From IMG/VR virus record IMGVR_UViG_3300046779_001222, positions 1 to 47,453 of that record: a stretch of DNA of 47,453 bases; one strand, 5' to 3'. The notes under the pieces are model-generated. The model saw only the letters and a program-made list of their open reading frames with translations. It searched no databases and was not told the DNA's origin. Positions 28,601-36,200 of the stretch are shown in pieces. The stretch comes from a virus (Duplodnaviria > Caudoviricetes). The position numbers were made by a program, and so were the translations under genes. Each line of letters begins with the position of its first letter. Position 1 is the stretch's first letter.

Positions 28601-30089
28601 TCCTAGCAACAGGATCAAAAATGTTAGTTAAACCAAATGCTACGTCGGGAATAATTTCCCCTTGTAGTCTTGTATATTCATTTAATAGATTTCGACCTTC
28701 AACTGACGCTGGATTGATTTTTGCAATGCGACCAAAAACACCAGCCTTGCCAAGTTGTTTACTTAATCTAAACATCTGGCCAGCGTCTTTGTATAAGCTA
28801 GGTGCTCCAAGGCCGAACATACCCATAGTCATTGCTAACTGTTGGTTCTGCATATCTTCGTCTTGATTGATTTCTTGACGTAACTGATATTCTCCCGGAG
28901 CCATACCCTCACGTTGAGCTGCCTCAAGTGGGTTTGCTACATCTTGCAACAACTGATTGTTCGTTCCAACACCAACCGCACCAACAGCAGTCGGCAACAA
29001 CATACCTGCACCCCTAGCAAGATTAAGTTGCAAAGAATTCTGGACTACTGGCATAAGGGCTTTTGCAACAGCATTGCCAACTATTTGCATGCCAGCAAGA
29101 TTTGCCATGGCTAACGGGGCTTGAGTAGTTACATTAAATGCTGTTATGCGAGCCTTCTGTCGCTCAAGGTTTTGTGGATCACCAGTTAAATCCGTATACC
29201 ACTGGTTAATACCCAACTCATCATAAACACGTTGTTTTTCATCAGCTTGAAGTTTAGCTTCATCTTCTGATTTTCCTAGTCCACCTACAAATTGACTTGT
29301 CTTATTGCCAATGTTTCCACCAATGACTGCTGGTGACGCAACGGCTTGTAACGCACCGGAAGAAGAACCTGCAAAAGCTTCTGTAAAAGGATCTATCTCT
29401 GCGCCTTCTTTTGCTTTTTTATTGATGTCCTCATTGAGTAGTTCTTGCCATGTTTTTCCACTAGCACCCTTTGCTGCAGCAGTGGGTCCGAGTGAGCTTA
29501 ATGTTGCTGCAGCGCCAAGAGCTGTTCCTGTGACAGCTTTTGCTCCAGCTAATCCTTCAGTAAGCCAATCTGGAGTTTGCCCGCGTTTAAAGGATTCTTT
29601 ACGTAACTCTTGCTCTAAACCAAGTCTCGTCTGAGATCGTTGTTTTGTTACTTGTTCAGGATCTAATCCAGCTTGACGACCAGACACAGTCTTAGGACCC
29701 TGCGTCTTTCTGGCTTCCATTAACTTAGAACTAAACTGATTGACTAAATTATCTCTAGTCTTCTTATCAATAAAACCTTGGCGATACCCATCTTCAATTT
29801 GTTGCTGTGATTGATTATTTAAAACAGATGTGTAATTAGGGCTGCGTAATGTATTGACTATTGGGTCTAAAGTATTACGTTTAAACTCAGAGCTTTTACG
29901 TTGCGCCTGTGCAATAGCGCGAGCGTTTTGTTGTGGGTCAAAAGCTACTCCGTATTTGAATGATCTCCCTCTAATGTTTTTCTTTAAGTCATCTTCAATC
30001 TGCATCTTGTTAAGCAGGAGCTGATGCATTTCAGATTCCGGATGCCAATTGCCGATGTTAAAAAGATCTTCATTAGTTTTTGCTTGCAT
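16668..30089 (-). CDS. Giant (4473 aa) internal virion / ejection-type polyvalent protein with an HExxH motif
   Basis: Uninterrupted ORF, last of three ejection-like genes; LVHEMFH at aa 2494-2498. Confidence 0.8.
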   Translation of the reverse strand: MQAKTNEDLFNIGNWHPESEMHQLLLNKMQIEDDLKKNIRGRSFKYGVAFDPQQNARAIAQAQRKSSEFKRNTLDPIVNTLRSPNYTSVLNNQSQQQIEDGYRQGFIDKKTRDNLVNQFSSKLMEARKTQGPKTVSGRQAGLDPEQVTKQRSQTRLGLEQELRKESFKRGQTPDWLTEGLAGAKAVTGTALGAAATLSSLGPTAAAKGASGKTWQELLNEDINKKAKEGAEIDPFTEAFAGSSSGALQAVASPAVIGGNIGNKTSQFVGGLGKSEDEAKLQADEKQRVYDELGINQWYTDLTGDPQNLERQKARITAFNVTTQAPLAMANLAGMQIVGNAVAKALMPVVQNSLQLNLARGAGMLLPTAVGAVGVGTNNQLLQDVANPLEAAQREGMAPGEYQLRQEINQDEDMQNQQLAMTMGMFGLGAPSLYKDAGQMFRLSKQLGKAGVFGRIAKINPASVEGRNLLNEYTRLQGEIIPDVAFGLTNIFDPVARTIGSKFNEKVQAPTAKEWATTALLTAVAVRPHKGLQPFFANNLNRSTDIKGQAKFAAMDAIDNASFHALGVNSRYEALRGGRAANSQDLQRVTSMVYEMAAQEFQQQDRSAPTIKSLDQIFFEILNGKSTNSVTADDAIKQMRVRGDNASLPFDSPLHQMQVNKNLFPIDPAFRKKAVAQLARQLEPAIALEYDMMQRGAKFAGEEAAIEQQPDKKFYAIKIGEQDGQPEYIVYNKRFSDATLHRGEAGLEDVRIIDPINQDKIGANARIERLTNVMRSLKSEFSPRNNMWIRNGVSKAIGVIRPDGTIVIKESKGTSGRTGERVTDVTYTYASFEDVQKDLSGIPGTQGLLNALNEVYTRTGMRRDVANKEPVLDIGDSENFPSRIQFSTTEQVNGRLVDTIGLQTPIGLYQLPDGGVALGRITESGNQKLAPLTEADVAQTPEIQTRTVLSQAESFVKNGKGYIDADVHNLGTRSRVEMPTEIQGVVREILESDAPDAVKAQQIMSVLIDEISGNRLTGDKALRLDPETGRYVNDVELKAGDRVLFASDETNPNDVTEGVVVKADNGMATVKDITDPTGAAYTLSADRFILSDKNINRESLRAQFDEYSAGANKNPLRPVEMTVSDEEAIARLLTATETVDRKQEIANASPEKIFDVLYDAIVNSRATVEGIQLGLIEWATRNTPEGVYDVMAQVMNEIMAPGKEVPIAKFRKATEIFSNRGFNQTLYGVHAIWASVAAINGTRFAAAPRTISQKAGMLQIARRMNMLMMRAETMGDEDLFKAAVRSLDADIANLSKAKIIEFAQNLRGIAPHVFYYMQDLWHVAKISGSNHAAQATLGRAISAAQDAGIRSLVRGDSILPDSVLDFWGSESKFDKAVKDIRELITSTREVEVEGQTQKYKMSDVVYARLRNAGLEFLYHMANDTTRTAVRRGLRTNRLEAINFQNEAMSYMYDTFLPQVVVDQINNKISSGDFMRDAEGKTEQTNNISYAPELRAFHDQIISAIEENPNLSSEQKSDAIGKITSVVQELDMLLPSDIEALSEYDSDGPRDARLRKNIVVNGEVVAEDQPANLKALSAERHYDKSLSNLVKESGMTLSEAQQRKHIALFETFAKQANQLFGLDRSFTNLKSRIDQSPRVRDVRARIDRLQRDNPDDIDAKRALYAERDRLVSEEFNSIFKLTTTTLQMLRSMQPETQLIGESDAAVIRTEVFGADISGFKETTPLGEAIDDFLSRIVDLRRRIISTDDIQVVSNEFERDGGITEAESEAAATLGEGRTSPDEDVAFWNGELRKVEQQLADARRDGGNIDELVVQREALQKQLKDAQDATERKNTPLDTLYTRLDSAGVKLKSELQKLNPSSISIEDMLSLHQMYMSLARSNSVVTNEIAGSLTTDSSVRNILATDEIRRLRSGMAEAEAFASASMTDVIELQLGSLSPEVFAEKYKISPEVAKSIATIDALNPSNRSEPVNVTDDDMLGVSVENMDPSIRGFVSDAPQIAAEVISSPDSFGGMITIEKPEDQSIVAYTAQNLAGMRVLMRTMLARNFKYADVEAALTSLEQNQTAIKKAISDSYADPTYMAEKLKKANGKFINLLMDDDTATYVRKFTRMALRKLQTDVLPRANRTLKTAVEAAIFELENMPEVATFTGKTVEKYYDNLRQRLNDIIAISNPEEKAALIDSVINMLNPETNNALVDTPLSAQIGSSYDIRLESDPAFTARRLLSTLNTKGIQFKSGNDDASAYSATSNDPVVNHAQIRLAHLPLRMSDVPIDTAAQLVSLYDDVLNNQLPPLDSATEREKPIIEAITRARDAYNDYAMGETGDSRRSAETKQQMERAAIQQLADNLANLYDIHANSFAVDHLEVKINSNSNEFKSDIAEAMRVLNINEQSIRRLMEPTTLATRFLSDLDPAQKTYIMSYLTAKYKKQYYTSHNKIYLVNDEILETANAKATLFVDKRDVYGFTQTLQTNQKKALGSLLYIGSNGNSKYRSTLTLVHEMFHPLFTGMDDVTQVAFMDQLATKGGLAVDALNEVLAPARKENRMLRDAIPTKIEEIQKVLDKRNNAELALALQVRVAKESSTLPLNEALAPLKGLTFNGQDLSEGWISHGHEKFVTSMMNFISDYTVPISKNAAASVDMATLEVFQQMRSTLRYVMRQISNKRPLDIIKDVSGTPHAAWYSRVPIQKYEFTRVHNPKQFTLNALNPRSGFTRSIEFAQLRKDDYLRINIPNRPEARSAVMSPTQLITGLEDSLTLNTIGDFAGSRFRFGFKHDGQIGDAVGATWLPFENPELRTYLVQNPDLLSTVEVFPENGRNDTNVISPDSMPSRSFSGQVKEMVIKTRFRTFDEAITAGFEPVFFDKDNIWVRGEADEDGWFKPRVRVQSDNPRVLDYAVAGQHEYAYIVEAPAVARVGGPTRAQKNFPTQFRFLVGEGALRPDAQSQYDPILVGYTQEFDPKFSALVYDLTRKLGRVVYNTTGNVRWKKQLELQGKLLTGDAKSFTLRTQTPMGEALDTYFKSTEYKAIKASRTSMQPLVLDGAAQFEAVVSKMLLNEFSVEIDGEQVLTEEGERFIQSLNDEISNVLAPYIAEQMLFRHDTADTYQTTSMTIEPNSVEMDAMFTVFKSMLGDEGDVDVLRNKLADAYVALNTRGDVRVSPNIRIDRALGLAGIPDSVTLEDGSEYHVRDMMLQVLRNDRLSLSNSDLTSVYTSYDNLWNNVLLPFIETGKIDAPYELNSAKPTMAMYALDSLMNAAYGNSVESKRLFLQRLTADTNVNNYGDIVYDVEERERYRAAVQAKNSAFSEFLAVAHTLDAQSRELGRALYAWKDWSLLDGQESFRGATGNTTSVIIQSPDGATFRVNLNNPRNFVESVARDVSTGAYIDASPFSQMFALYNPNRQVALRSTTNEPTPYALRDLNLSPEERNALNSSGSIDIVRPFGIDNVTHDEDGNQLTPNLRIFRINKTGKSMNNRGTQFGDPYEKINVSELQHSYKSGYITGENQDVWVNNQRLLQQPVNDLLRRAFLSNPSLEQTAKDSVGNTAVVPREVHIAKLLVSRALIDDTGQVPNAWKRKNATDTLARQRLLEGDKEASIADAMENPRVEHNRTKTWMSDGVEEGHYDNQEMTAEEMAYFKMPFDLSPEQAQDPALRSQYNQTASTRALEKALSVPQPQRVIIKRESDPSVTKVGVTAKDRDIYVSIPDADYDYVSRTMFSASGPTGTPTPHPGTVGVPKGGIASIPFLNNPFTKRGAVTALGIYHELTSGAKALILSGDFARVMLQNYRLTAMNPKNFAAQFWGLSAFLPNAWAPGAKVFGTPTTGAGKFLNFALGHRPDLAWGDMQYHAKMFNYLNKYGTKGNVIGYGIPGVHKRQVNQTYGWNDLAEYGLKTTYGDWFRNYEAAKLIDPTIDPFEMPIATTQAENIGEGVLARRIPFVNMWERAGALSTDILRVKSFLEFSAYVDQSYDYSYDYQRDQAKRDYAAFLNVVTGHPTGNNLMMSDNQNLFNQTLRTIYTSPNWFNSLMMQTYLPSLAKMYVAEGVNYVSRAATSKMDIYGVGFDVIDTAADQKWFRSLRSKDVLKQHGLTFFNSFVQAGIIGSVLQLMGLYAERRQLHEINDSKYIDFLDWRKINSPVLNDQGVDLAANLRIDQQKWWDPTNPDFGVVRAANTLQWQLPPIFTLYKRLFLAPYIQATNEPNASTEQKAMKYASELYKSNIEGRFGPPIQGIKQLASGRTYLEEAALGKAPGLKTWVDTERKIVRYKELMNDAKQSGNNALADKYNAEIKKLSPAIYNPSYPLIKALTRFFPNGISRYALSMLTNLQVQTALKDMEELGYSQHAIPIQGDNNPDLVQYQFPAFTRIFGQEGRMGDYYTNDLITKEERAGMSGKQFEFLTKKYKYNYPNASAVVKKFGLSALLLGIPESGGYGKDPAWGSDNIRGIPDAAVLRESTINLDYLNKIKERQPGPKFTVPSDFITGRMVD

Positions 30090-30103
30090 GTATAGTTATA
30101 TCC

Positions 30104-32020
30104 TTATTTGGCTTTCAACAGTGCGGCTATTTGATCTCTGTCTTCTTTTAAAGATTTCAATAACAGTAAATCAGGGTCACTACTGACTAGCGCATTACCA
30201 CCTTGACCTGCAACTTTTGCATCTACTTTCTCACTTGTCATTTTTACACCTGCTTCAAGTCCACGTAATCGACCAACGAGAATAGACCGGGCTTTTTTTT
30301 GTGCGTAATTATTCACTACGCCAACTGGATCTGTAAAATCAGTAATTATATGTTTATCTGTTTCCTTGATCATCGTCGATGTAGTCACATCAACAATACG
30401 TTTTGCAACATCAATCGGTATACGTTGCTTAGTTTTTGGTGCACTAAATCCAATTTCTTCTAATGTTGTTGGATTACCAGACGCTAATGTGCCGTTTATT
30501 CGTTTCATTTCATCTGTGTACTGACTATCTGCATCACCTATCTTGCCTGTTATGTAAGACATTGTCGCTTGACCAGCAGTTTTCGCAGCAGCTTCTACTT
30601 GTCCATTTTTACCCAGCCGTGCAATCGCTAACTGATTGGCTCTATTTAATGCATTTTCTGACTTTTCAAATTTTTGATCATCAATAGCTTTTTGCGCTAG
30701 GTAGTTTTCTTTGACTGCACCAGTTTGTTGGGCTGTCCAGTCGGATACAACTTTAGGATCAACTGAAATAAATGGCATCATTGCAGCTTTTAATGCAGCT
30801 CCACCATCAGCAGGTGTTTGTGGATTTCCATCTGCATCTAATGGCCAGTTTGCTGGATCATCTCCTATGAGGCCCCTTTGTACATCTGCAACAGTGCGGC
30901 CCATCTTGCGAGCAGTAGATTGGAATGCTTGACCAATTGGGCCGTACATTCCCTGCACAACTCTTCCATAGTCTATTGATGGCAATGGTGCATTTATATC
31001 TACAAGGCCTCTATTATTTAACTGTGGGCGACTAAGATTTTGTGGACCAACTAACGCTGAAAGATTTCGTTCCTTAAGCCCATCCATCATTGTCTTATAT
31101 TCATCAGGTGTTAATTCATGTTCTTTACCCGGTGCAATAGATAACCCTAATCCAGATAAATAGGTAGACAACCCTGCGTCTATACCGACATTTCCGTTAG
31201 GTAATTGAACTGGAGTAGATGGCGGTGCACCACCAGCCTGTTGCCCGCCAATTAAACCAGTAGGTTTTACTGCACCGAGATTACCGGCCTGTTGGCCTTG
31301 TTGCCCGAATGATGTCATCGGTAACTGCGGTTGCGGTTTTGCTATACTTGGAACTGCAGGTGCTCCGGGAATGTTAAAACCAGTTTGTTGTGCAGGACCA
31401 CTAGGAGCAACTGCACCGGGTATCGTAAAGCCAGTTTGTGGTGTTGGCGCTCCGGGAACATTGAATCCACCCTGCTGCTGTGCTTGTGGGCCTTCCTGAC
31501 CAAACGTCATTAACTTTTCAATTTGCTCTGGACTTAACCCGTATGTAGATAGCATGTCACGGTATTCATTCCTACGACGGTTGACATCACGTCTAATCAT
31601 ATTGATTTCAGCGAGAATAGATTGCTGTTTTGCAGGAGTTCGCTCAGTAGAGTACGCAGACAAAAGCTTAGGCAAGCCACTTTCTAACGTAGCTATTTGA
31701 TCTGCAATAGGCTTACGATCTTTTAAAGCACGATTGTATGGGTCGTTGGTTTGTTTTTGTGTGTCTAAAGCAATTTTGTTTAACTCAAACTGTTGATCTG
31801 CAGCACGTTTAGTTTGAGCTGCTGCATCTTTCTGCAATTGAAATGCATCACGTTGTTGCTGTTCTGCACGGTTCTGCCGATTTGTTTCATTTGCCTCTTT
31901 AGCAAATTGCAAACCCATCTGTGCAGTCTGGTCTTGATACTGTCTACGTTCTTGTTTTCCTTTATCAAGGCCGGTTAAGAATCCTAATAAGCCACTTACA
32001 CCTGATTGATTAACTGTCAT
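30104..32020 (-). CDS. Q/P/G-rich internal virion (DNA ejection) protein, 638 aa
   Basis: GLLGFLTG N-terminus, Q-rich coiled coil and low-complexity linker; position after the nozzle gene. Confidence 0.7.
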   Translation of the reverse strand: MTVNQSGVSGLLGFLTGLDKGKQERRQYQDQTAQMGLQFAKEANETNRQNRAEQQQRDAFQLQKDAAAQTKRAADQQFELNKIALDTQKQTNDPYNRALKDRKPIADQIATLESGLPKLLSAYSTERTPAKQQSILAEINMIRRDVNRRRNEYRDMLSTYGLSPEQIEKLMTFGQEGPQAQQQGGFNVPGAPTPQTGFTIPGAVAPSGPAQQTGFNIPGAPAVPSIAKPQPQLPMTSFGQQGQQAGNLGAVKPTGLIGGQQAGGAPPSTPVQLPNGNVGIDAGLSTYLSGLGLSIAPGKEHELTPDEYKTMMDGLKERNLSALVGPQNLSRPQLNNRGLVDINAPLPSIDYGRVVQGMYGPIGQAFQSTARKMGRTVADVQRGLIGDDPANWPLDADGNPQTPADGGAALKAAMMPFISVDPKVVSDWTAQQTGAVKENYLAQKAIDDQKFEKSENALNRANQLAIARLGKNGQVEAAAKTAGQATMSYITGKIGDADSQYTDEMKRINGTLASGNPTTLEEIGFSAPKTKQRIPIDVAKRIVDVTTSTMIKETDKHIITDFTDPVGVVNNYAQKKARSILVGRLRGLEAGVKMTSEKVDAKVAGQGGNALVSSDPDLLLLKSLKEDRDQIAALLKAK

Positions 32021-32029
32021 AGTAACCTC

Positions 32030-32800
32030 TTAACCGTAATAACCACTAGGGAAGACTGGGTTGTTCAATCTATTGATTTGAGCATCAACCAATCCTTGAC
32101 GTTGTTTAAAGTCACGATCTGCTTGCTGACCAGACAGGTAACTTCCACCGAGTTGACCAAACATTCCAGCAACCTGATCACGTTGATTTTGAAGTGCTGC
32201 ATCACGTTGCATTTCTGCTTGCGCCTCACCTTGATATTGACCATATAAAGTATTGCCAGCATTCTGCGCATTACCAAATGCTACATTAGCTTGGTTTTGA
32301 TATGTATTCATACCTTGCCCAGCCATGCCCAATGCTTGCTGTCTACGTTGATCGGCTCCCATCGCATACTGGACTGCGCCCTGTGACATAGCCATGGCAA
32401 TAGGATTGTTGTAGAAGTTGTCAGTCATCATGTTGTTTGTCATGCCACCGCCCATGTTTAACGCATTACCTTGAGCGTTGTATCTAGCTTGGGCCTGAGC
32501 AGCATTTCCAGTAATGGCACCCATTTGACTACCCGCTTGTCGTAACATTGCGTTAGTTGCGTCTGGATTGTTTAGGCGTTCCATTTCGTTTTGTAGTCCG
32601 CGTGAAAACTGATTTGAAAAGTTGTTTGCACGTGATTGACTTTGTTGTCCTAATTGATTCTGTTGGTTTTGAAAATTTTGGTTATACATTCGCTGTTGGG
32701 ACAATTGAGATTGATACGGATTCGATTGCTTCTTAAATAATCCGCCAGCGATTTGACCTAAAAATTGACTACCTAATCCAACTGCTAGTTGTGGTGGCAT
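32030..32800 (-). CDS. Q/N/G/A-rich pilot or ejection protein (P22 gp7-like position)
   Basis: Amphipathic G-rich N-terminus; extreme Q/N bias. Confidence 0.7.
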   Translation of the reverse strand: MPPQLAVGLGSQFLGQIAGGLFKKQSNPYQSQLSQQRMYNQNFQNQQNQLGQQSQSRANNFSNQFSRGLQNEMERLNNPDATNAMLRQAGSQMGAITGNAAQAQARYNAQGNALNMGGGMTNNMMTDNFYNNPIAMAMSQGAVQYAMGADQRRQQALGMAGQGMNTYQNQANVAFGNAQNAGNTLYGQYQGEAQAEMQRDAALQNQRDQVAGMFGQLGGSYLSGQQADRDFKQRQGLVDAQINRLNNPVFPSGYYG

Positions 32801-32810
32801 TTATATTCTC

Positions 32811-33254
32811 CTACTGTAATACGTACCAAATACCGTTTCCGGAAGCATCGACCTGCGCTACTAACGTAACAGTTTCATACTGTGCAACTGGCCACGCTTT
32901 TGCTGCAGCTTTACCTAGTGTGTCACCAGATTGTATTGCAGCACTTACTTGGTTAGCCGTGCTATCTGTTTTAATTATATGTATAAATTGTCCATTAGCG
33001 TAATATGCACGAGGCAATGTTACTACAATTGCTGCAGATGCAGCGTTTGCACTAACGATTAGTTGTCCAGTGTCTGCATTAGCACTTGCTGAAATAGAAA
33101 TAGGCGTAAAGTTTGCAGGTGGATATGCTGGAGCAAATGCTCCACGTGTTTGCACGTTTTGAGTTAATATTACTTTACTCTTACCGGGACCAACCACTCC
33201 TCCAGCTAAGGCTGTGAATTGATCTGGTGTAGTTAAACCTCCGGGCAGTGCCAT
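32811..33254 (-). CDS. Small tail-associated beta protein
   Basis: VTLP.A....G.FIHIIKTDSTANQV pattern common in tail-fibre domains. Confidence 0.6.
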   Translation of the reverse strand: MALPGGLTTPDQFTALAGGVVGPGKSKVILTQNVQTRGAFAPAYPPANFTPISISASANADTGQLIVSANAASAAIVVTLPRAYYANGQFIHIIKTDSTANQVSAAIQSGDTLGKAAAKAWPVAQYETVTLVAQVDASGNGIWYVLQ

Positions 33255-36200
33255 TATGCTCTCCTAACTGCGCTTTCTGTGCTATTTACAGAGATTGCAT
33301 GAATCTCAATACGAGATGTTGCATTGCTTCCATATACTTCCAACTCAAGCCATGTACCACGTAAATCATTTGGTATCTGCCTGAATCCGACGGCCTTATC
33401 TTGATTAGAGGATGTATTGTAAACGCCCGTTGCAGAAACGTTTTTATTGTTGGTTAACTTCCAAGTAAATTGAACTGCGTTTGGTGTGTAGTAGTGGACA
33501 TTGACCTGATGGGGTCTGTTAGTTCCATAATAGGCAACGCCTTCAGCGTACGTCTGTCCATAACGCCTAGTAGTAATCTTCCAGTCAATACCTTGCGTTG
33601 TGCCACCATATGTAGGCCTATCTGAAAAACCTTCAAGCCTATAGATTTGTCCATTAGATGCACCAACATACATATCTGCAACATCATTTGTAGACGTACA
33701 CGAAACAGCACTTGTTACATATGTTTGGACACTACTAAAAACAGGCAGCTTCCACTTAACCCATCCTGTAGTCCGAGTGTCATACACATAAACAACACTA
33801 TTACTATTAGCTGTAGTTGCGCCAGCAATTGGAGCAAACGCATAAAGACGGCGTTCATGTGAGAGCATAACAATGTCGCTATATGCAGTAGCACCAATAT
33901 AATTTGCTGATCCAGTAGGTCCATAATCCATTGATCGAGGATTCAAAACACCCTCAAGAGGAACACTGATAGGCTCTATCTTTGTCCCCTGCATTGTACT
34001 AATTCCAAAACTGGATACGAATAATGCTTGCCCAACAAGACTAGCAATACCTTTACTTGCTAGTAAACCAGCTCCGGGTTCACGTACGAACTGTTGCGCA
34101 ACAAACGATGTGGGATCAAAGCCAACAATAGGGACAATACTGTTTTCTCTATACGCAATCAGGATAGCTGACGTGTCACCACCGGCTGCGACTACTCCAT
34201 CAGCAATATATGAAAGTAAATTAACTATCTTCTCATTGTCATCCTGTGACCCAATGGTCATGAATGCGCCCTTAATAGCCATAAATGGATCTTGGACATC
34301 AGGAATATTTGTAGTGTAAACGCCGTATTCGTTATCTTTATTTAGTGGCCACGTTGCATACAGCCCGTTGTCTTTTGATGTAAACAATCTTTGTTTATGA
34401 TTAGCAATAGTGCTCAATCCAGTAGGCAACTGATTACGGCCAGTATGGTGAAACATACCGGGGCGACCAACGTTTGTTGGGAACAATATGTCCGTGTCAC
34501 GCACGTCATCGTAAATTGTGTACGAGGCTGTGTTTGTTGACCACGTCACATCAAATGTAACTGCATCACTGTTTACAAGTGTTCCAGTAGTGTAGTCAAA
34601 AACCTTTGCGTTCTGACCTGTATATGATGTGCCTGTACCAAGGTTTGTCGGAATCATCGCAATAAGCCTTGGCATACCATCAGTAAACAAAGTGTCGCAT
34701 CTACGATAGACCAATATGTAGTCGTAATCGTAGTTTGTTGTAGATGTCCTCAAGCCTGAGTCAGTAAATGTTATCCTTCCACGGCTATACGCAACGGATG
34801 ATTCAATCTCAGGACTATATTCTGAAGGCACAGTCTCAATGCCTTCTCCGGGTGGAGCAACAATGTTGTACGCAGATGTAGCTCTCCATGCAGCTGGAGC
34901 AGATTTCCACCGAGTATATATGTACTTGTATCTGTTGTCTGGCGTCATTCCACCTTGACGCACGACATCACCAAGTCCAATTAAAACTGCATCAACAGAA
35001 ACATCTGGAATGTCTTCATCAAAACGTAAATAGATAGCTGTTACAGCATCTCTATTTGCACCGGGAATGGGGAATAACTGAAACTCAAGGAAGCGTGTCT
35101 GTGTGTTATAAGTTGCTTGACCAGTCCATATAATCGATCCAGCCTCCTGTATACCTAGACTAATCGGTATCTCGTTTACGCGAATATTAGGATGCAACTC
35201 AGCACGTATACCAATACCTCTGTCATTTGAAAGATCAGGAGTTCCAGTAATTGCTAGTTTTATCAACCTATTCTGTACATAGCCGCCATACAGTCCAGTT
35301 ACATTTGTATTAATTTGCGCAGCTTTAAATCCAGCTAATCCTAAATCCGTAGTAGTTCCGTTATCGTTTGCGCTTGACAATACACTGTAGAGATAAACGC
35401 CATCAACAAGCACACCGGGGTCGTTATCACGTGACCAACCACTATTGCTGATTTGTATTCGTAATTTATCTAACGTGCCTTCAAACTCCCTAAAGTCGAT
35501 GACGTATTCAAATTGAACCCAGTCAGCGGTTGTCTGCTTTGGGGCTGCATCTGCAACAGCAGTAAAAAATGCACCATTGATTGCAGCAGACGTGCTATAT
35601 CCTGTTACAGCAACATTCAAATATTGCCCATTAAATGGTTTAGCGTCATCGTAGTTCATCAAAGCAAACGATAGTTTAAATAGGCCATTTACCTTTGCGG
35701 TGCCACCATTTTGTGAATAGGTTGGCAGACCTGAGATCTCTTGGATTATGTAGTCTGTTGGTTTATCAATACGGGCAATGTTTCCAGTAGTTCTGCCATT
35801 TGCACCTTGAGTTACAGTTCCTTTACTTCCAGCCCAAGGAAGTGCGTGAATACTTACTAACTGACTACCACCAGTACCAATTGATGGCGATCCACTAATG
35901 GTGTTCCAGTTAGCACACGTTGTACCAGTGGCTGTGGCGAAAATTGGATTTAGAACACGGTTATCACTAGGGCTTGCGCTTGAAAACGTTGCTTGAGCCG
36001 CGCTGTCTCCATATGTTCCTGATGTATATGTCTTAACTGCTTTTACAATACCAACAGCATTCGGTTTAGTGGATGTTGGCCCATTGACAGCAGGCAGTGA
36101 TGCAGCAATAGTTCCATTTGTCCTAAAGAGTGAGAACGATGAACCCGCCCCACCAACACCATAAATGTATCGTCCATATTGAGTCATGCGCACAAGTTTT

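Noticed and set aside
19375-29634. Numerous + strand ORFs opposite the giant gene
   Set aside because: Ser-rich antisense shadows lacking independent coding signals
16668-30089. Giant protein as a virion RNA polymerase (N4- or crAss-like)
   Set aside because: No DxDGD/DFDID or T7-type catalytic motifs recognised; EYDSDGP is only a partial resemblance. Not excluded without structure prediction.
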